Origin: a virus
Length of the DNA stretch: 64,000 nucleotides
Reading direction: 5' to 3' (one strand)
Virus record (IMG/VR): IMGVR_UViG_3300030333_005770
Location: 5,087 to 69,086 of that record
Under the pieces are notes generated by a model that had not been told where the DNA came from, did no database searches, and was given only the letters and a program-made list of their open reading frames with translations. Every line of letters begins with the position of its first letter. Position 1 is the first letter of the stretch. Position numbers and translations under genes: made by a program. Below are positions 45,975 through 56,154 of this stretch, piece after piece.

Positions 45975-47726
45975 CTACAACCGCTTGTGACTGCCCGTCA
46001 AGCCCCTAGGCACTCGAGTATACCCGTCAGGGCACATAAGAGTTGGGTTCTTGCGTAACATACGTGTGGTGATCTTCTTTTTCTTGGGTCTTTTGTAGGA
46101 AGACGCCAGATCCATATTGTAAAGTGCGATAGCAGCCGCTAGGACATGGTCATCATGATGCCCCGGAGCCGCTTCGGGCTTCCCTTTGTCATTAATTACG
46201 AACACCTTCATCTCATGAAGAACGTCCTTATCGGGAATATCAAAGTTACCCTCCATCAACTCGGCGGCCATATGGTCAATAACCGTCTTTCGGGTGATCT
46301 TGTCAGTACTCCACCCAAAACTCTTTTCCACCATACCGCTGGAATCATTGACCTTTCGACGGCGGTATACGCTCAAGCCCATCTCTAAAAGGTATTTAAG
46401 AAGAGCAAGACCGGAATTATTTACTTCGGGAACGATAAAAGCCCCGCCATACCACCGAGCAGCGCCCTCGAGCTCATGCGCGAGTATGCCTATATCAAGA
46501 CGGGAATGGTGAACGGCTACCAATCGAGGCACATGCCAGTTACCATGCCAGTCTTCATAGGGAGCTTTCCAGACCTGAACGCTGTGATAATCGGGATCAG
46601 CGGCCAAACCCTGCTGCTGTTGGTCCTCCCCAGTACAAGTATCGGCGGAAATTAGGTATTTGGAGTCATATACAGGTTCTTCATAAACCTTCCAGCCACC
46701 CGCCGGATCCCTCCGGAAGGAGCCTTTGTCACCGTCTTGCACGGACATTACCCCTGTTTGGTAAGTAACATCCTCGGCGGCGGCCCGCATGTCCTTAATA
46801 CATTGGATATGGAACCGGGGGCGGCTGGACATGAGGAAACATTCTTCCGGGTCGGAAGGATATTCCTGTCTAAACTTACTTATATCCCCATTACATTTGT
46901 CCTGAAGAGTCCTACGACGCCAATGCATGTTTTCCCAAGTGACGTCAAAACGATCCATCTCGGATTTCTCGTCATCAGTCAGGGTATCCTTGAAAATTTG
47001 AAGTTCAACTTCAGATTTGAAAGGAATGGTAGAGTCATCAAATTCATACCAAGCGGCAAATATCTTGGCCCATTCGTTGTCTTGTACCCAAGTACGGTAA
47101 AACCAGCCGGCAGGGCCATTGGGGGTGGAGTCAGCAATAACCAAGGAAACGTTATCCCCGTCGTATAAAGACTGCAAATACCCCAAAGCCGGGTCTCTTT
47201 CCCCAGCCATAGGCCAAAACGCGACCTCAGTCATGTTACCGACCTGAATGGTACCGGAACGGCCAGCATTCTTAGATCCAGCGGTCTCCTTACCATAAGC
47301 ACTCTTGCTCTTCAATTTGATCAAATCCGCCAGACTACCACCGTCGGCTAACGACCCTCCGCCTTCGTCCCACGGGAAAAGGTCATTCTCCGCGTACCGG
47401 CGGTAAATCTCGAAAACCTTGTCACTCGTGCCACTAATATCCCCCATCAAGGAACCATTCAAATTCTCGTGCTTACGCATGTGGTGGTACGTAAGTGCTT
47501 GGGCGCAGGTCGATGCACCCTTTTGCCGGGGTTTCAGGATGATCATCTTGCACGGCTTGCCCTCAAGCTGGCATTTTCGGTAATGCGCGAACATTCGCTT
47601 TTGCAAGGTATTGGCCACGGGCTTGATATCCTTACCCCGTTTGTCCTTAATAACCCCAAAAGTACCGAACCAGACCTCTGGATCGATACGTATAAGATCA
47701 GCTAACTGCCTATCGTGTTCGGTCAC
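45975..47726 (-). CDS. terL: Terminase large subunit
   Basis: KPRQKGAST (Walker A), MTEVAFW (Walker B), STPNG, F.QEYP, and nuclease motifs AD..TG, E.NN.G, HDD.V.A. Confidence 0.93.
   Translation of the reverse strand: MTEHDRQLADLIRIDPEVWFGTFGVIKDKRGKDIKPVANTLQKRMFAHYRKCQLEGKPCKMIILKPRQKGASTCAQALTYHHMRKHENLNGSLMGDISGTSDKVFEIYRRYAENDLFPWDEGGGSLADGGSLADLIKLKSKSAYGKETAGSKNAGRSGTIQVGNMTEVAFWPMAGERDPALGYLQSLYDGDNVSLVIADSTPNGPAGWFYRTWVQDNEWAKIFAAWYEFDDSTIPFKSEVELQIFKDTLTDDEKSEMDRFDVTWENMHWRRRTLQDKCNGDISKFRQEYPSDPEECFLMSSRPRFHIQCIKDMRAAAEDVTYQTGVMSVQDGDKGSFRRDPAGGWKVYEEPVYDSKYLISADTCTGEDQQQQGLAADPDYHSVQVWKAPYEDWHGNWHVPRLVAVHHSRLDIGILAHELEGAARWYGGAFIVPEVNNSGLALLKYLLEMGLSVYRRRKVNDSSGMVEKSFGWSTDKITRKTVIDHMAAELMEGNFDIPDKDVLHEMKVFVINDKGKPEAAPGHHDDHVLAAAIALYNMDLASSYKRPKKKKITTRMLRKNPTLMCPDGYTRVPRGLTGSHKRL
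45977..45988 (-). promoter_or_regulatory. Late-promoter box, copy 4 (ACAAGCGGTTGT), inside the 3' end of terL
   Basis: Same offset to ATG (45945) as copies 1-3; TATAAT/TAATTT -10 element. Confidence 0.6.
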
Positions 47727-48007
47727 CTATTAAGTGGATGGTTGCCGGTTCCGAACTTTTTTTCGGCCTTAACCTTGTTAAAGAGGTCATCCAGCTTTTT
47801 ATCCCTATCCACGTCCTTTTTCTTCCTCTTCTCGTCGGCGAGGAGCCTTTTATAATCCCTTTGGGCGTCCTTTTTGCTGCCTAGTTTCTTATTGAGCTTC
47901 CGCTCGGCCTTACTTGGTTTGTATTTGGGGCCATCGGGTATAAAAGGTTCGATTTCCGCTTCGCTAGTCCCGGACTTCCTACCGTGATCTGTGCTTTTGT
48001 TTTTCAT
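47723..48007 (-). CDS. Hypothetical Lys-rich protein
   Basis: AGGAGG upstream; stop overlaps the terL start. Confidence 0.65.
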   Translation of the reverse strand: MKNKSTDHGRKSGTSEAEIEPFIPDGPKYKPSKAERKLNKKLGSKKDAQRDYKRLLADEKRKKKDVDRDKKLDDLFNKVKAEKKFGTGNHPLNR

Positions 48008-48030
48008 GGCCGGCCTCCTAGTACCGCTTC

Positions 48031-48222
48031 TTAGCGGGTTTCTTTCGGGAGGTCTTCGCTTTGCGGGACACCTTCCGGCTCTTTTTCTTGGTTCTCTTCA
48101 TGTAGTTTCCTAATGGCATTATTTTTATTCTCCCGGATACGATTGAGCTTACGAGCATAAGCTATCCGTTGCTTGATCTGCTCGTCGCTATTTATGAATT
48201 TGATGGTTTCCAAGTCCCACAC
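48031..48222 (-). CDS. Hypothetical protein
   Basis: 63 aa, coupled ORF. Confidence 0.45.
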   Translation of the reverse strand: MWDLETIKFINSDEQIKQRIAYARKLNRIRENKNNAIRKLHEENQEKEPEGVPQSEDLPKETR

Positions 48223-48434
48223 TATATAGAATCCTCTTCACCATCCTCAGGGTCAAAATCGGCATCAAAAGCGACATCAATGTCGAAAAAGCGATCGACG
48301 GCATACGAAGCGGTTTCCGCCATCGACTCGTCGTCAAGATCGCTCTCCTCATACCAACGTATGAATACGCTGAGGACCTCATTAAAAAACTGTTTACACG
48401 CCGGACTCATCTTTTCGTATTCGGAATCCTTCAC
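48222..48434 (-). CDS. Hypothetical acidic protein
   Basis: 70 aa; GGAGG upstream; ATGA overlap. Confidence 0.65.
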   Translation of the reverse strand: MKDSEYEKMSPACKQFFNEVLSVFIRWYEESDLDDESMAETASYAVDRFFDIDVAFDADFDPEDGEEDSI

Positions 48435-49630
48435 GCGTGCATCCTCCCTGTAAAAAATCCCGGAGGCTGTTGGGCGTCATTCTTCGAAATTTTCATCATC
48501 GAGCGGAGCTTGTCCAACAGCTCGGGGTCTTTTCTATACTCTTCCAAAGGAATCACAGGCCTGAAGGGATGCCCAGACCCTTCAATTAGCGGGATCTTTT
48601 TCTTACCGGATTTGAAATCTTTTAACTCCTCGCCAACGAGAGCCTTGTCAGACCCCCGAAGGTACCGGGCATCGGCCGCCCCCGTTCCGTCATGGTAAAA
48701 ATCACTAATCATGTGGTCAATCTCAGCCTCAGTAGGTTGCCAATTAGATTGAGGGGTAGCCTGGAGGAACTTTTGATAATCGATCAAAAGCTGTTTGTCT
48801 TTAGCGTTGGCGGGATCATCCCACCATTTAGTAGCCCCCTCGCGGTCGTCTTTAAGGCGCTTACGCATATCCTCATACCTTCGAGGCATCCGATCATGGT
48901 AATGCTGGCGTTTGATTTGAGACATTTCGGGAACAATTTCCGTAGTCTTGCCCGCATGGTCCAGCATACCCGAAGCGTTTATACCATGCATAGTACCCCC
49001 AATCCGCTTTTTCATCTCGGGGGTCAACCACGTATTACGTCGAAAGTCCATATGGTGGGTAGGATAAATATGGTGGGCCGCTTCGTGGATCTCGGTCCCA
49101 TACCTAGTCTCAGCGCCCCCGGAGTCGGCAGCAAAATGCGCTATCTCGGGCGGTTCTTTTGAGTTCCAGCCGCGATACCAACTTACAACCCCCTCCTTCG
49201 GTTTCTTGTAGTACGAGTGGCGGATAATGTCATCATACCGATCACCCGGGTGAGGAGGTAGGTATTTACGCTGACCGTCGGCAGTCAACTCAGTATGGGC
49301 AGCTTTGGAAGCTCCTTGGAGAATTTTCTCACGATCCTCGACATAAAAACGGCCGCGCTCGGGTAATCGGCTGACATCGCTTTTAACGGCGGCATCAAAA
49401 TCCATCAAATCGGTCTTATAACGCCGGCCGTACCCCATCTCTTTGTTGCGGTTAAGGGGCCTCCTATTATAAACTACAGCCGCATCTTTGGGGTCAGTAG
49501 CAGTAAAAGGGGCGCCTCCGGGCGATTTGGCAGCATACATGAGCGCAGTATCGCGCATCTTGGAGTCTAGAGGGCTCAGATCTTCCTCGAAGAAATTCAA
49601 GCCCTTAAGCGATACTTTAGCGTCACTCAT
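48431..49630 (-). CDS. Putative zincin-like metallopeptidase
   Basis: EIHEAAHH (HExxH) with a downstream Glu. Confidence 0.5.
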   Translation of the reverse strand: MSDAKVSLKGLNFFEEDLSPLDSKMRDTALMYAAKSPGGAPFTATDPKDAAVVYNRRPLNRNKEMGYGRRYKTDLMDFDAAVKSDVSRLPERGRFYVEDREKILQGASKAAHTELTADGQRKYLPPHPGDRYDDIIRHSYYKKPKEGVVSWYRGWNSKEPPEIAHFAADSGGAETRYGTEIHEAAHHIYPTHHMDFRRNTWLTPEMKKRIGGTMHGINASGMLDHAGKTTEIVPEMSQIKRQHYHDRMPRRYEDMRKRLKDDREGATKWWDDPANAKDKQLLIDYQKFLQATPQSNWQPTEAEIDHMISDFYHDGTGAADARYLRGSDKALVGEELKDFKSGKKKIPLIEGSGHPFRPVIPLEEYRKDPELLDKLRSMMKISKNDAQQPPGFFTGRMHA

Positions 49631-50018
49631 CGGTGGACTCCAATAATTGGGCTTCTTTGGCCGATTCGGCATAAACGTCGATGATTTGACCTAAGGCAGC
49701 ACCAGAATCGCGTAAACGGGCCATAATTTCGGCCGGAGAGGCGGATTTTTGGGTATCATCGTTGATATTGATCTCCGCACGGGTGGCTGGTTTGCCAAAC
49801 CCGTATTCGAGCATGAGCCTGGCACTGGTCAAACGGGTGCCGTGGTCGGCTTTTTCAGCATATTCGACGCCCCGTTGGCCATCCTCCCTGTTTTTACGGA
49901 CAACGGTCGTTGCTTGAAGGCCCTCACGGAGAGCGTCAACGGCTTTAGCAAAGTCATCGTCCTCAATAAAACGATGGATGTCCTCTCTAAGTTTCTTTAC
50001 CGAATTTTTACGTGACAT
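49623..50018 (-). CDS. Probable terminase small subunit
   Basis: RL.SA..MLEYGFGKP motif; first gene of the late region. Confidence 0.55.
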   Translation of the reverse strand: MSRKNSVKKLREDIHRFIEDDDFAKAVDALREGLQATTVVRKNREDGQRGVEYAEKADHGTRLTSARLMLEYGFGKPATRAEININDDTQKSASPAEIMARLRDSGAALGQIIDVYAESAKEAQLLESTDE

Positions 50019-50077
50019 TTTTGGCGATATGGGTTCCCTATTCCCACACATAATACTCATTTGGTACCCCCCTGCCT

Positions 50078-50086
50078 ACCGGTTGT
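50078..50086 (-). promoter_or_regulatory. ACAACCGGT late-promoter box, copy 5
   Basis: Box, 22 bp, TATTAT, upstream of the terS-like gene. Confidence 0.65.
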
Positions 50087-50451
50087 GTTCGATTGGGAGA
50101 CCGCCGAAAAGGATACCTTTTTATTTAGGTGATTACTAGGCGGATGCGAGCGGTAGTGATAGTGGTACCACACGGAGGGTGGGGGCATTGTCACCCGCGG
50201 ATAAGCATCCGACTGTATCAGGGAGTGCAGAGTCAGTGCGACGTAGGAGTACGGATTCTGTATGTACCTGATACGAATGGACTTAGGCCATGACGCGCAC
50301 AGTATTCGGAATCCGCAACTGTGAACAGGAGGTCGGGCGTCGACTGAGGGACGAAGGAGGCCCCTACCCCTGAGCACTTGTAGGGAGGATAATGTGTGCT
50401 AATGGGCTAAGTCAACAGAAAAATGGATTGGACTTGACCAAGTCTCAAGAC

Positions 50452-50496
50452 AAAAAAAAGCGCCCACCTCCACGACCTTGGCGTGGAGATGGACGC
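50452..50496 (-). terminator. Intrinsic terminator
   Basis: GCGTCCATCTCCACG-ccaaggt-CGTGGAGGTGGGCGC followed by T8. Confidence 0.85.
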
Positions 50497-50509
50497 AAGT
50501 CCTAGGGGA

Positions 50510-50974
50510 CTATGTCGCCTGTGGTGGAGGCGTCAGCGTATGCTGCGCCGGTACAACAGCCGGGACGGCCTGTGCCACTTGTGTGGAGCCCGGTTGAGGG
50601 TTCAAAACACGTATCAGATCGATGTTATCGGTCTGGGGACGAGACCCAACTCGGTTGGGATCGTACTTCGGATTCGGCGAAGACGTAATCCGGAACTGGA
50701 CATGCACCGCTTGTCCAGCGGCAAGAGCAGACTTGATCTGCTGCTTGATCGTAAGCATTTCCTGCGGGGATGCGAACTCGACGGGGTCGTTAATCGACCC
50801 GTCCCAACGAGCGCCATTTCCAATGGCGTCGTCGGCGTGGTGATACTTCACCATGCCTTTGTGGTCGGGCTGCGTTTCGCAGACGAGCGCATTATCCGTA
50901 AAGGAACTTACGGTGCCGGTATGTACACCGGCGGGTAACCACTGAGTGGTACCAGAAGACTTATATGATTTCAT
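50510..50974 (-). CDS. Hypothetical protein
   Basis: 154 aa; AAAGGA SD; has its own terminator. Confidence 0.75.
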   Translation of the reverse strand: MKSYKSSGTTQWLPAGVHTGTVSSFTDNALVCETQPDHKGMVKYHHADDAIGNGARWDGSINDPVEFASPQEMLTIKQQIKSALAAGQAVHVQFRITSSPNPKYDPNRVGSRPQTDNIDLIRVLNPQPGSTQVAQAVPAVVPAQHTLTPPPQAT

Positions 50975-51005
50975 ATATCCTTTCTTTTAGGTTATTGTTT
51001 AGTGA

Positions 51006-51084
51006 ACACCTTATAATATTTATTAATTATAATATGGACATGACGAAAGTCATTGGATGAGCCTGTATGATAGTACTCTGGACA
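51006..51084. repeat. Bipartite direct repeat, left copy (dif-like 28-mer plus 24-bp box)
   Basis: ACACCTTATAA-TATTTA-TTAATTATAAT (51006-51033) and GCCTGTATGATAGTACTCTGGACA (51061-51084). Confidence 0.8.
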
Positions 51085-51092
51085 CATCTGAC

Positions 51093-51485
51093 TTAGGTTA
51101 TGTCGTATAGGCGTTCTGCTAGTGGGCTGAGCTTACGCATCGTATCAAGTTTCCAGGCGAAATGCTCCATTGTTGGGTATTGTCCTGTTGATTGGGACAA
51201 CTCCGGCCAATTGGGATGAGCTTTGGATGTGGGATACCAGTTAGTAGATGCGTGCGCATGGTATGTGTATTGGTGTTGTTGATTAACTCGGGACCAATTC
51301 AGTCTAAAGCATATGGAATTGTATTCCGGATATATGTATAGACCATTCTTCATATCGCATTTTCGAGTTGAGCTTGGAATAATCTCCATTTGAGCTTCGT
51401 CTTCGGGGGATATGTTGGCTCTGAGTTTCCGACTGCTCAACCAGATGATTGGCAGTGGTAGTGGTATTTGTGCTGGTGTTGTCAT
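51093..51485 (-). CDS. Hypothetical protein
   Basis: 130 aa from MTTPAQ; ATGA overlap with rIIA. Confidence 0.55.
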   Translation of the reverse strand: MTTPAQIPLPLPIIWLSSRKLRANISPEDEAQMEIIPSSTRKCDMKNGLYIYPEYNSICFRLNWSRVNQQHQYTYHAHASTNWYPTSKAHPNWPELSQSTGQYPTMEHFAWKLDTMRKLSPLAERLYDIT

Positions 51486-53716
51486 CGTTGTAGGTAGTTG
51501 AGGATATCGCGAGCGGCGTCTTTCTTGTCGACTTGCCATCCGACGTTTAGGTATTTGAGCATTGGGTGAGCCTTGGTTATAGCTTCCCACATAGTTTCCG
51601 GTTCATCTACTCGATCTCGTAGACCAAACCATTGGGCCACCCATCCGATAGTAGATGCTTCCCATGAGGTTAGCTTGTCTGGTAGATCGTCCTTAGTGTA
51701 GCGATGTCGGACAGTATTGAGGAAGTCAGACCAATCAAGCAATAGGAAGAACTCTTTAGATCGGGGGAAGGTGTTATGCCTTTTGATCTGATTAAAGCAC
51801 CGTTCTTCTGTGTGTTGCATGTTCCATGTTACATTTGCCCATGAGGCCAGCTTGAACATTTTCCGGTTGGCGTTCTTGATTATCGAGAACCATTCTTTAT
51901 ACCACTCATCGATGGTCATCCATTCATCAGTAAGCTTACTAAGGTAATGCTTCTTGACTCCATGGATTGTAGGCATTTCTGCATTGTATCGGTTGCAGAT
52001 CATTTCGATGGCCGTGATCAGTTGTTCGAACCGGTCTTCTTCTAGGTTATAGATTCCTCCATCCCAAGAGAATCGATCAAGAGGGATATATAGATATTTC
52101 TCTTCACCGGTCAGTGGGTTTTTCCATTTGTTGATGACGTCGTGTTTAATGATGCGTCCGTTAGCAGTTTTACTTGGCCTTAAATGACAAGTATCAATCT
52201 TAACATATTCAGTAGGCGTACCATCGGCGTTCTTCTTAGTGCGTTGGGCTTTGAGGGGTTCGATATGCTTGAGGTTGATGAGGTCATCTTTTAGGTGTGT
52301 CCAATCGAACTCGGTAGTATATCCGGTCGATAGGTTGACCCGGATGTTACCTTTCAGTACTGCGAGGGGGACAGCTGTTGCGACTTGTTCCCGGGTGTAG
52401 ATACCTGAGATGGTATTAATCTTCTTCATTGGAATCATGTAGTAGACAGATTCTTTATCCCACCCGGCCTCGTGTTGTAGTGTGCGTACCCGGCGTGTTG
52501 CTTGGGCTTGGCTAATCTTATCGGGATTATACCGGCAGTAGTAATGCTTAGGTCGTATCTTTAGATGAGTCTCTTCGGACTTACTGTTTACATAGTCTCC
52601 GGAACGATATCTATGCTTGCGTACGTGGGCTACGATAGCTAGTGGGGCCGAGAAGAACTTCAATAAGTCTTTACCATTCCATTTGGCATGCATGAATACT
52701 TTTTCGCGAATGGCGTCAGGCAATGAACTGATGATAGTTTCTGCGGTGTGACAGGCTTCTATGAAGGTTTTGGATCCGGCAATGTCATTGGTTAGCTGTT
52801 TTTGTAAGCTTTGCAGGACTTTGTTTGCTTCGATCTCAATAGCTTGGCAGGTGCGGGGGGTGTACTCTAAGGATTCCCGGGATGCTGCAATGTCAAGAGC
52901 CCCAACATTGAATTTAATAATGAGGTTCTTGCAGGCCAGGATGTTGCTATTACCTTTGAAATTACTGGAGATTTTATCAACGTCTATTTCATAAGGTATG
53001 TTACCCATGAGTGCTTTGGTCTTACCCATGTTGCGGTAGTATCCGGTTTCTTCGGTCCTAAGTAGGAACCAATTGTCACCAGTGCTGAGGATGTCTAGGG
53101 GCTTGATATCAATATTGCATTCGGGCATGACCTTGAAGTATGGGAATAATTCACGGGCATACTTTTCGAACTCTTGGACATCTTGGTTATGAACCGCGGC
53201 GGAGACTTCAACACCTTGTTCACCGGGTGCGGGTACTGTTGCGACATGGAACAATTCACCTTGTGATGATTCATCAATGACGGCTGTGTAATCGTTACGA
53301 TTTTGGCCATCGAAGGTGCTTATTGTGAATTGGTCTGTGTATGAGAAGAAGGCTTTACAACCAATACCTAGGCATCCGGTGTAGTCATTGGATGAACGTT
53401 TGGTGCTAGCGCCGTACATGATATAAATCTTGCGCACTTCTTCGTCGGTTAGGCCGGAACCATAATCTCTAATCTTGATGACCGGTGATGATAGTGTCGG
53501 CAGGGTTACTTTGATGGGGGTTGTTTCGATGCCTGCTTCAACATGAGCATCAATAGCGTTGGTGCAGTATTCGCGTAGGACAGCGAGCCATTTGTTGGAA
53601 TAGATCTTTGATCTTAGTATTCCTATGACATGGGACATGTCTTCTTTTTGGATACCAAAGCCGGAAGCATTGGCTAGGTTTGTTGAACGTGTGTGTTCGG
53701 GTGTGGATAATTTCAT
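51482..53716 (-). CDS. rIIA: RIIA-like protein (GHKL/HSP90-type ATPase N-terminus)
   Basis: IYSNK..AVLREY..NA.DAH, IRDYGSGL, YGASTK, G.LGIG.K and SRESLEY motifs. Confidence 0.88.
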   Translation of the reverse strand: MKLSTPEHTRSTNLANASGFGIQKEDMSHVIGILRSKIYSNKWLAVLREYCTNAIDAHVEAGIETTPIKVTLPTLSSPVIKIRDYGSGLTDEEVRKIYIMYGASTKRSSNDYTGCLGIGCKAFFSYTDQFTISTFDGQNRNDYTAVIDESSQGELFHVATVPAPGEQGVEVSAAVHNQDVQEFEKYARELFPYFKVMPECNIDIKPLDILSTGDNWFLLRTEETGYYRNMGKTKALMGNIPYEIDVDKISSNFKGNSNILACKNLIIKFNVGALDIAASRESLEYTPRTCQAIEIEANKVLQSLQKQLTNDIAGSKTFIEACHTAETIISSLPDAIREKVFMHAKWNGKDLLKFFSAPLAIVAHVRKHRYRSGDYVNSKSEETHLKIRPKHYYCRYNPDKISQAQATRRVRTLQHEAGWDKESVYYMIPMKKINTISGIYTREQVATAVPLAVLKGNIRVNLSTGYTTEFDWTHLKDDLINLKHIEPLKAQRTKKNADGTPTEYVKIDTCHLRPSKTANGRIIKHDVINKWKNPLTGEEKYLYIPLDRFSWDGGIYNLEEDRFEQLITAIEMICNRYNAEMPTIHGVKKHYLSKLTDEWMTIDEWYKEWFSIIKNANRKMFKLASWANVTWNMQHTEERCFNQIKRHNTFPRSKEFFLLLDWSDFLNTVRHRYTKDDLPDKLTSWEASTIGWVAQWFGLRDRVDEPETMWEAITKAHPMLKYLNVGWQVDKKDAARDILNYLQR

Positions 53717-53747
53717 AGTGTGTGAGTTTGGTGGTTAATAGTATGGT

Positions 53748-53785
53748 GAGCCTTTTATATGGACATGCTCAGGTCCAACCATGAT
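53748..53785 (-). ncRNA. H-type pseudoknot motif, copy 1
   Basis: AUCAUGGUU-GGAC-CUGAGCAU-GUCC-AUAUAAAA-GGCUC. Confidence 0.6.
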
Positions 53786-53787
53786 TA

Positions 53788-54741
53788 CTAACCTAAATAG
53801 GGTGTGATTATGTAATCGTTATGAGTGTCAGACCAGTCGATGTAGATTTCGTGGTAGATGTCTTGAAACTCCTGTGCCCGGTGCACTTCATCGGGGGATA
53901 TGTTTCGAAACTTCTTGGCCATTTTCCGGAAGAGGATAGGTTTACCCTTCTTGATCTTTTTATGGATATACTTGTTGATCTCATCAGAACGATTTTGATC
54001 TCCAGAGTATAGGCCGTCGTCAAGCTTTTCCCGGGCATGGCATTCACCGATAACTTTGTATCGGCAGACACGAAGCTTTTGGTATTCTGAACAGTGAGGT
54101 ACCGATACAGCATCTTTAGGGTTGAAGGATACTTGCATTAGGCGACCGTTGTGGCCCCAGCTGTCAGCATATTCATGGGATCCGATATGGAATCCGGCTG
54201 AGCAACCGTGGTCAACAGAATCATCTACATTGGCGCGATCCATTTGATTGATGCAACCGATGCTGTTATCAAACTTACCGGAATAGATGTCGGTATAGTC
54301 GTTGTTGACACCTTTGTATCCGATGACATCGCCGTCTTCATTGATGGGCATGTTGGAATGTTCAAGGAATTTATACAGTTGTTTCCGGCTGTTGTAGCTG
54401 GGGTTCTGCATAAGTTTTTCAATGAAGCGCATCCATGGTCGTGGATCGGCGAGGCCGTCGTCGAGTAGGTTGAGCAGTTTTTGAGCAGCGGCGTTGTTTA
54501 CCGGTTCATTCCTGTAGTATATGCTGTTATCTCGGATGGTAATTTGGCCTTCACTTATCTTAGCTAAGGACTTACCGGGATTCAGATGGTCTTTGATTTC
54601 GTCATAGTGCCCATCAAGCAGACAACGTTTTAGGTCCGGGTAGTTAACGGCTGTGGCCGGTATTGTGTATGATTCTCCTTCGTAGGAGAGCGTTATGCAA
54701 TTATCTGTAATCAGATATGGTGGTGGTGTGTTTGTATTCAT
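53788..54741 (-). CDS. rIIB: RIIB-like protein
   Basis: L.QNPS....QLY.FL, I..DG....YK.V, CS.G.H.G...YA, NPKD.VSVP and K.RVC.Y motifs. Confidence 0.88.
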   Translation of the reverse strand: MNTNTPPPYLITDNCITLSYEGESYTIPATAVNYPDLKRCLLDGHYDEIKDHLNPGKSLAKISEGQITIRDNSIYYRNEPVNNAAAQKLLNLLDDGLADPRPWMRFIEKLMQNPSYNSRKQLYKFLEHSNMPINEDGDVIGYKGVNNDYTDIYSGKFDNSIGCINQMDRANVDDSVDHGCSAGFHIGSHEYADSWGHNGRLMQVSFNPKDAVSVPHCSEYQKLRVCRYKVIGECHAREKLDDGLYSGDQNRSDEINKYIHKKIKKGKPILFRKMAKKFRNISPDEVHRAQEFQDIYHEIYIDWSDTHNDYIITPYLG

Positions 54742-55331
54742 GATTCTATTAGGTAGTTTGCCCAGTATAGTGAGTCGGGCTGTTGTTGGATTTGATCCCA
54801 GAAGATATTCCGGCTGATGACAGGTGGAATGTTCTTCTCGTTTGATTTGGTGATCCAGTAGTTTTCGTAGTACTGGTATTGTGGAATGGACACGGTTTGA
54901 TCTACTTGTGTCCATCCGAATGCTTTCAACATATGTCGATCAAGGCATATGCATTGAGCTGTGGTTGGGTGTAACATTTCAATGGCGAAGCTGGTCTTGG
55001 CTGGGCCAAGCTTTGGTAACTTCGACATGAGTTCGTTACGCCATTGTTGCCAATCGGCGTTGGGTACAAAGGCCAATGGGTTTGTATTCCATTGGTAATG
55101 TAGTCCATTAATGCCAGTGGCTTTGATGTTGAACATACCCCCGGAGCTCGATGATAGTAGTTTTTCGAGCTTGGATATGGGAGTTGTGGTATCTTCGTGT
55201 TTGATTTGATCGTATTGTTCGCAACTACGTTCCCAAGGGGTGTGAACAGTGCAGTAAGCAAAGCGCCATCGGTTTAACGCTTGTCGTGGGGTAGAGGGTC
55301 GGATTTTAGTCCAATCCTTAACGTATTTCAA
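54738..55331 (-). CDS. HhH-superfamily DNA glycosylase-like protein (start uncertain, TTG assumed)
   Basis: LPKLGPAKTSF helix-hairpin-helix followed by CLDRHML. Confidence 0.65.
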   Translation of the reverse strand: MKYVKDWTKIRPSTPRQALNRWRFAYCTVHTPWERSCEQYDQIKHEDTTTPISKLEKLLSSSSGGMFNIKATGINGLHYQWNTNPLAFVPNADWQQWRNELMSKLPKLGPAKTSFAIEMLHPTTAQCICLDRHMLKAFGWTQVDQTVSIPQYQYYENYWITKSNEKNIPPVISRNIFWDQIQQQPDSLYWANYLIES

Positions 55332-55338
55332 AACAACA

Positions 55339-56154
55339 TCATTTGTTAGACTGTTGAAGAATCTTGTTATACGCTTTTTGCACGCTCTGGGAATTGTCCG
55401 TAGTGTTGTACCCGGTCCAGTTGTGCTCTTTTTTGAGAGCTTGGAGGGCTTTGGATGCGGATGATCCTGCGGGTTGGCATCCGTGGATGAGGTGTCCGAA
55501 GGATCGTCCGGGTTTGTAGGCGTGGGAATCGTCATGATCTAGTTCTAGTCCTTTCTGTTTTGCTTCTTCGAGTGAGTATACTACTTCAGCTGATTTTAGT
55601 TTGTGGATATCGATGAGGTCATCGAACTTGCCACCACGTGAAGCATTGAGCTCGAAGTTGCTTGGTATTAAGTTCATGTGCATGACCCAAAGATCTATTC
55701 GTTTGGTGTAGGAATAGAATTGGGTAGGATCAAACAGGCGTGCTAAATCCATCCATGCGAGGAAGTAATCTTCTTTGAAGAAGTCACCTCCGACATGAGC
55801 TCTGACGATTGGTCGTTGTTGATGATTTTCAATATATGTATCGTGTAGGGGTTGGAGGGATTCTGATAGTAGTTTCAGGATCTTCTTGTGCCCTAGTCGA
55901 CGTAGGATATTGAAGTTATTCCACCTTAGGTTGCGTATGTGCTTGTGCCTTGCTTCTTGCATGGCGGCATAGCAACGGTAGATTTGGTTAGGTCCGTCCG
56001 TAATTTTGCCTGTTTGGGCATCGGCGCGGGCGAGACATTGCATCGCTGCTGGGCAGCTGTGTCCAGATGGAAGGCTGAAGTGCAATACTCGGGAAGGTAG
56101 CTTGATGTTACCTTGATTCCATTTTAGAGATGGCTGTATCTTTGACTTAGTCAT
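55339..56154 (-). CDS. GP88-like protein (divergent radical-SAM-like)
   Basis: GN.KL, FSLP.G.SCP, C...CYA, R.HV.GDFF and YSYTK motifs. Confidence 0.8.
   Translation of the reverse strand: MTKSKIQPSLKWNQGNIKLPSRVLHFSLPSGHSCPAAMQCLARADAQTGKITDGPNQIYRCYAAMQEARHKHIRNLRWNNFNILRRLGHKKILKLLSESLQPLHDTYIENHQQRPIVRAHVGGDFFKEDYFLAWMDLARLFDPTQFYSYTKRIDLWVMHMNLIPSNFELNASRGGKFDDLIDIHKLKSAEVVYSLEEAKQKGLELDHDDSHAYKPGRSFGHLIHGCQPAGSSASKALQALKKEHNWTGYNTTDNSQSVQKAYNKILQQSNK

Noticed and set aside
50057-50377. 106-aa track ORF upstream of terS
   Set aside because: Non-ATG start, atypical composition, and it overlaps the late-promoter box.
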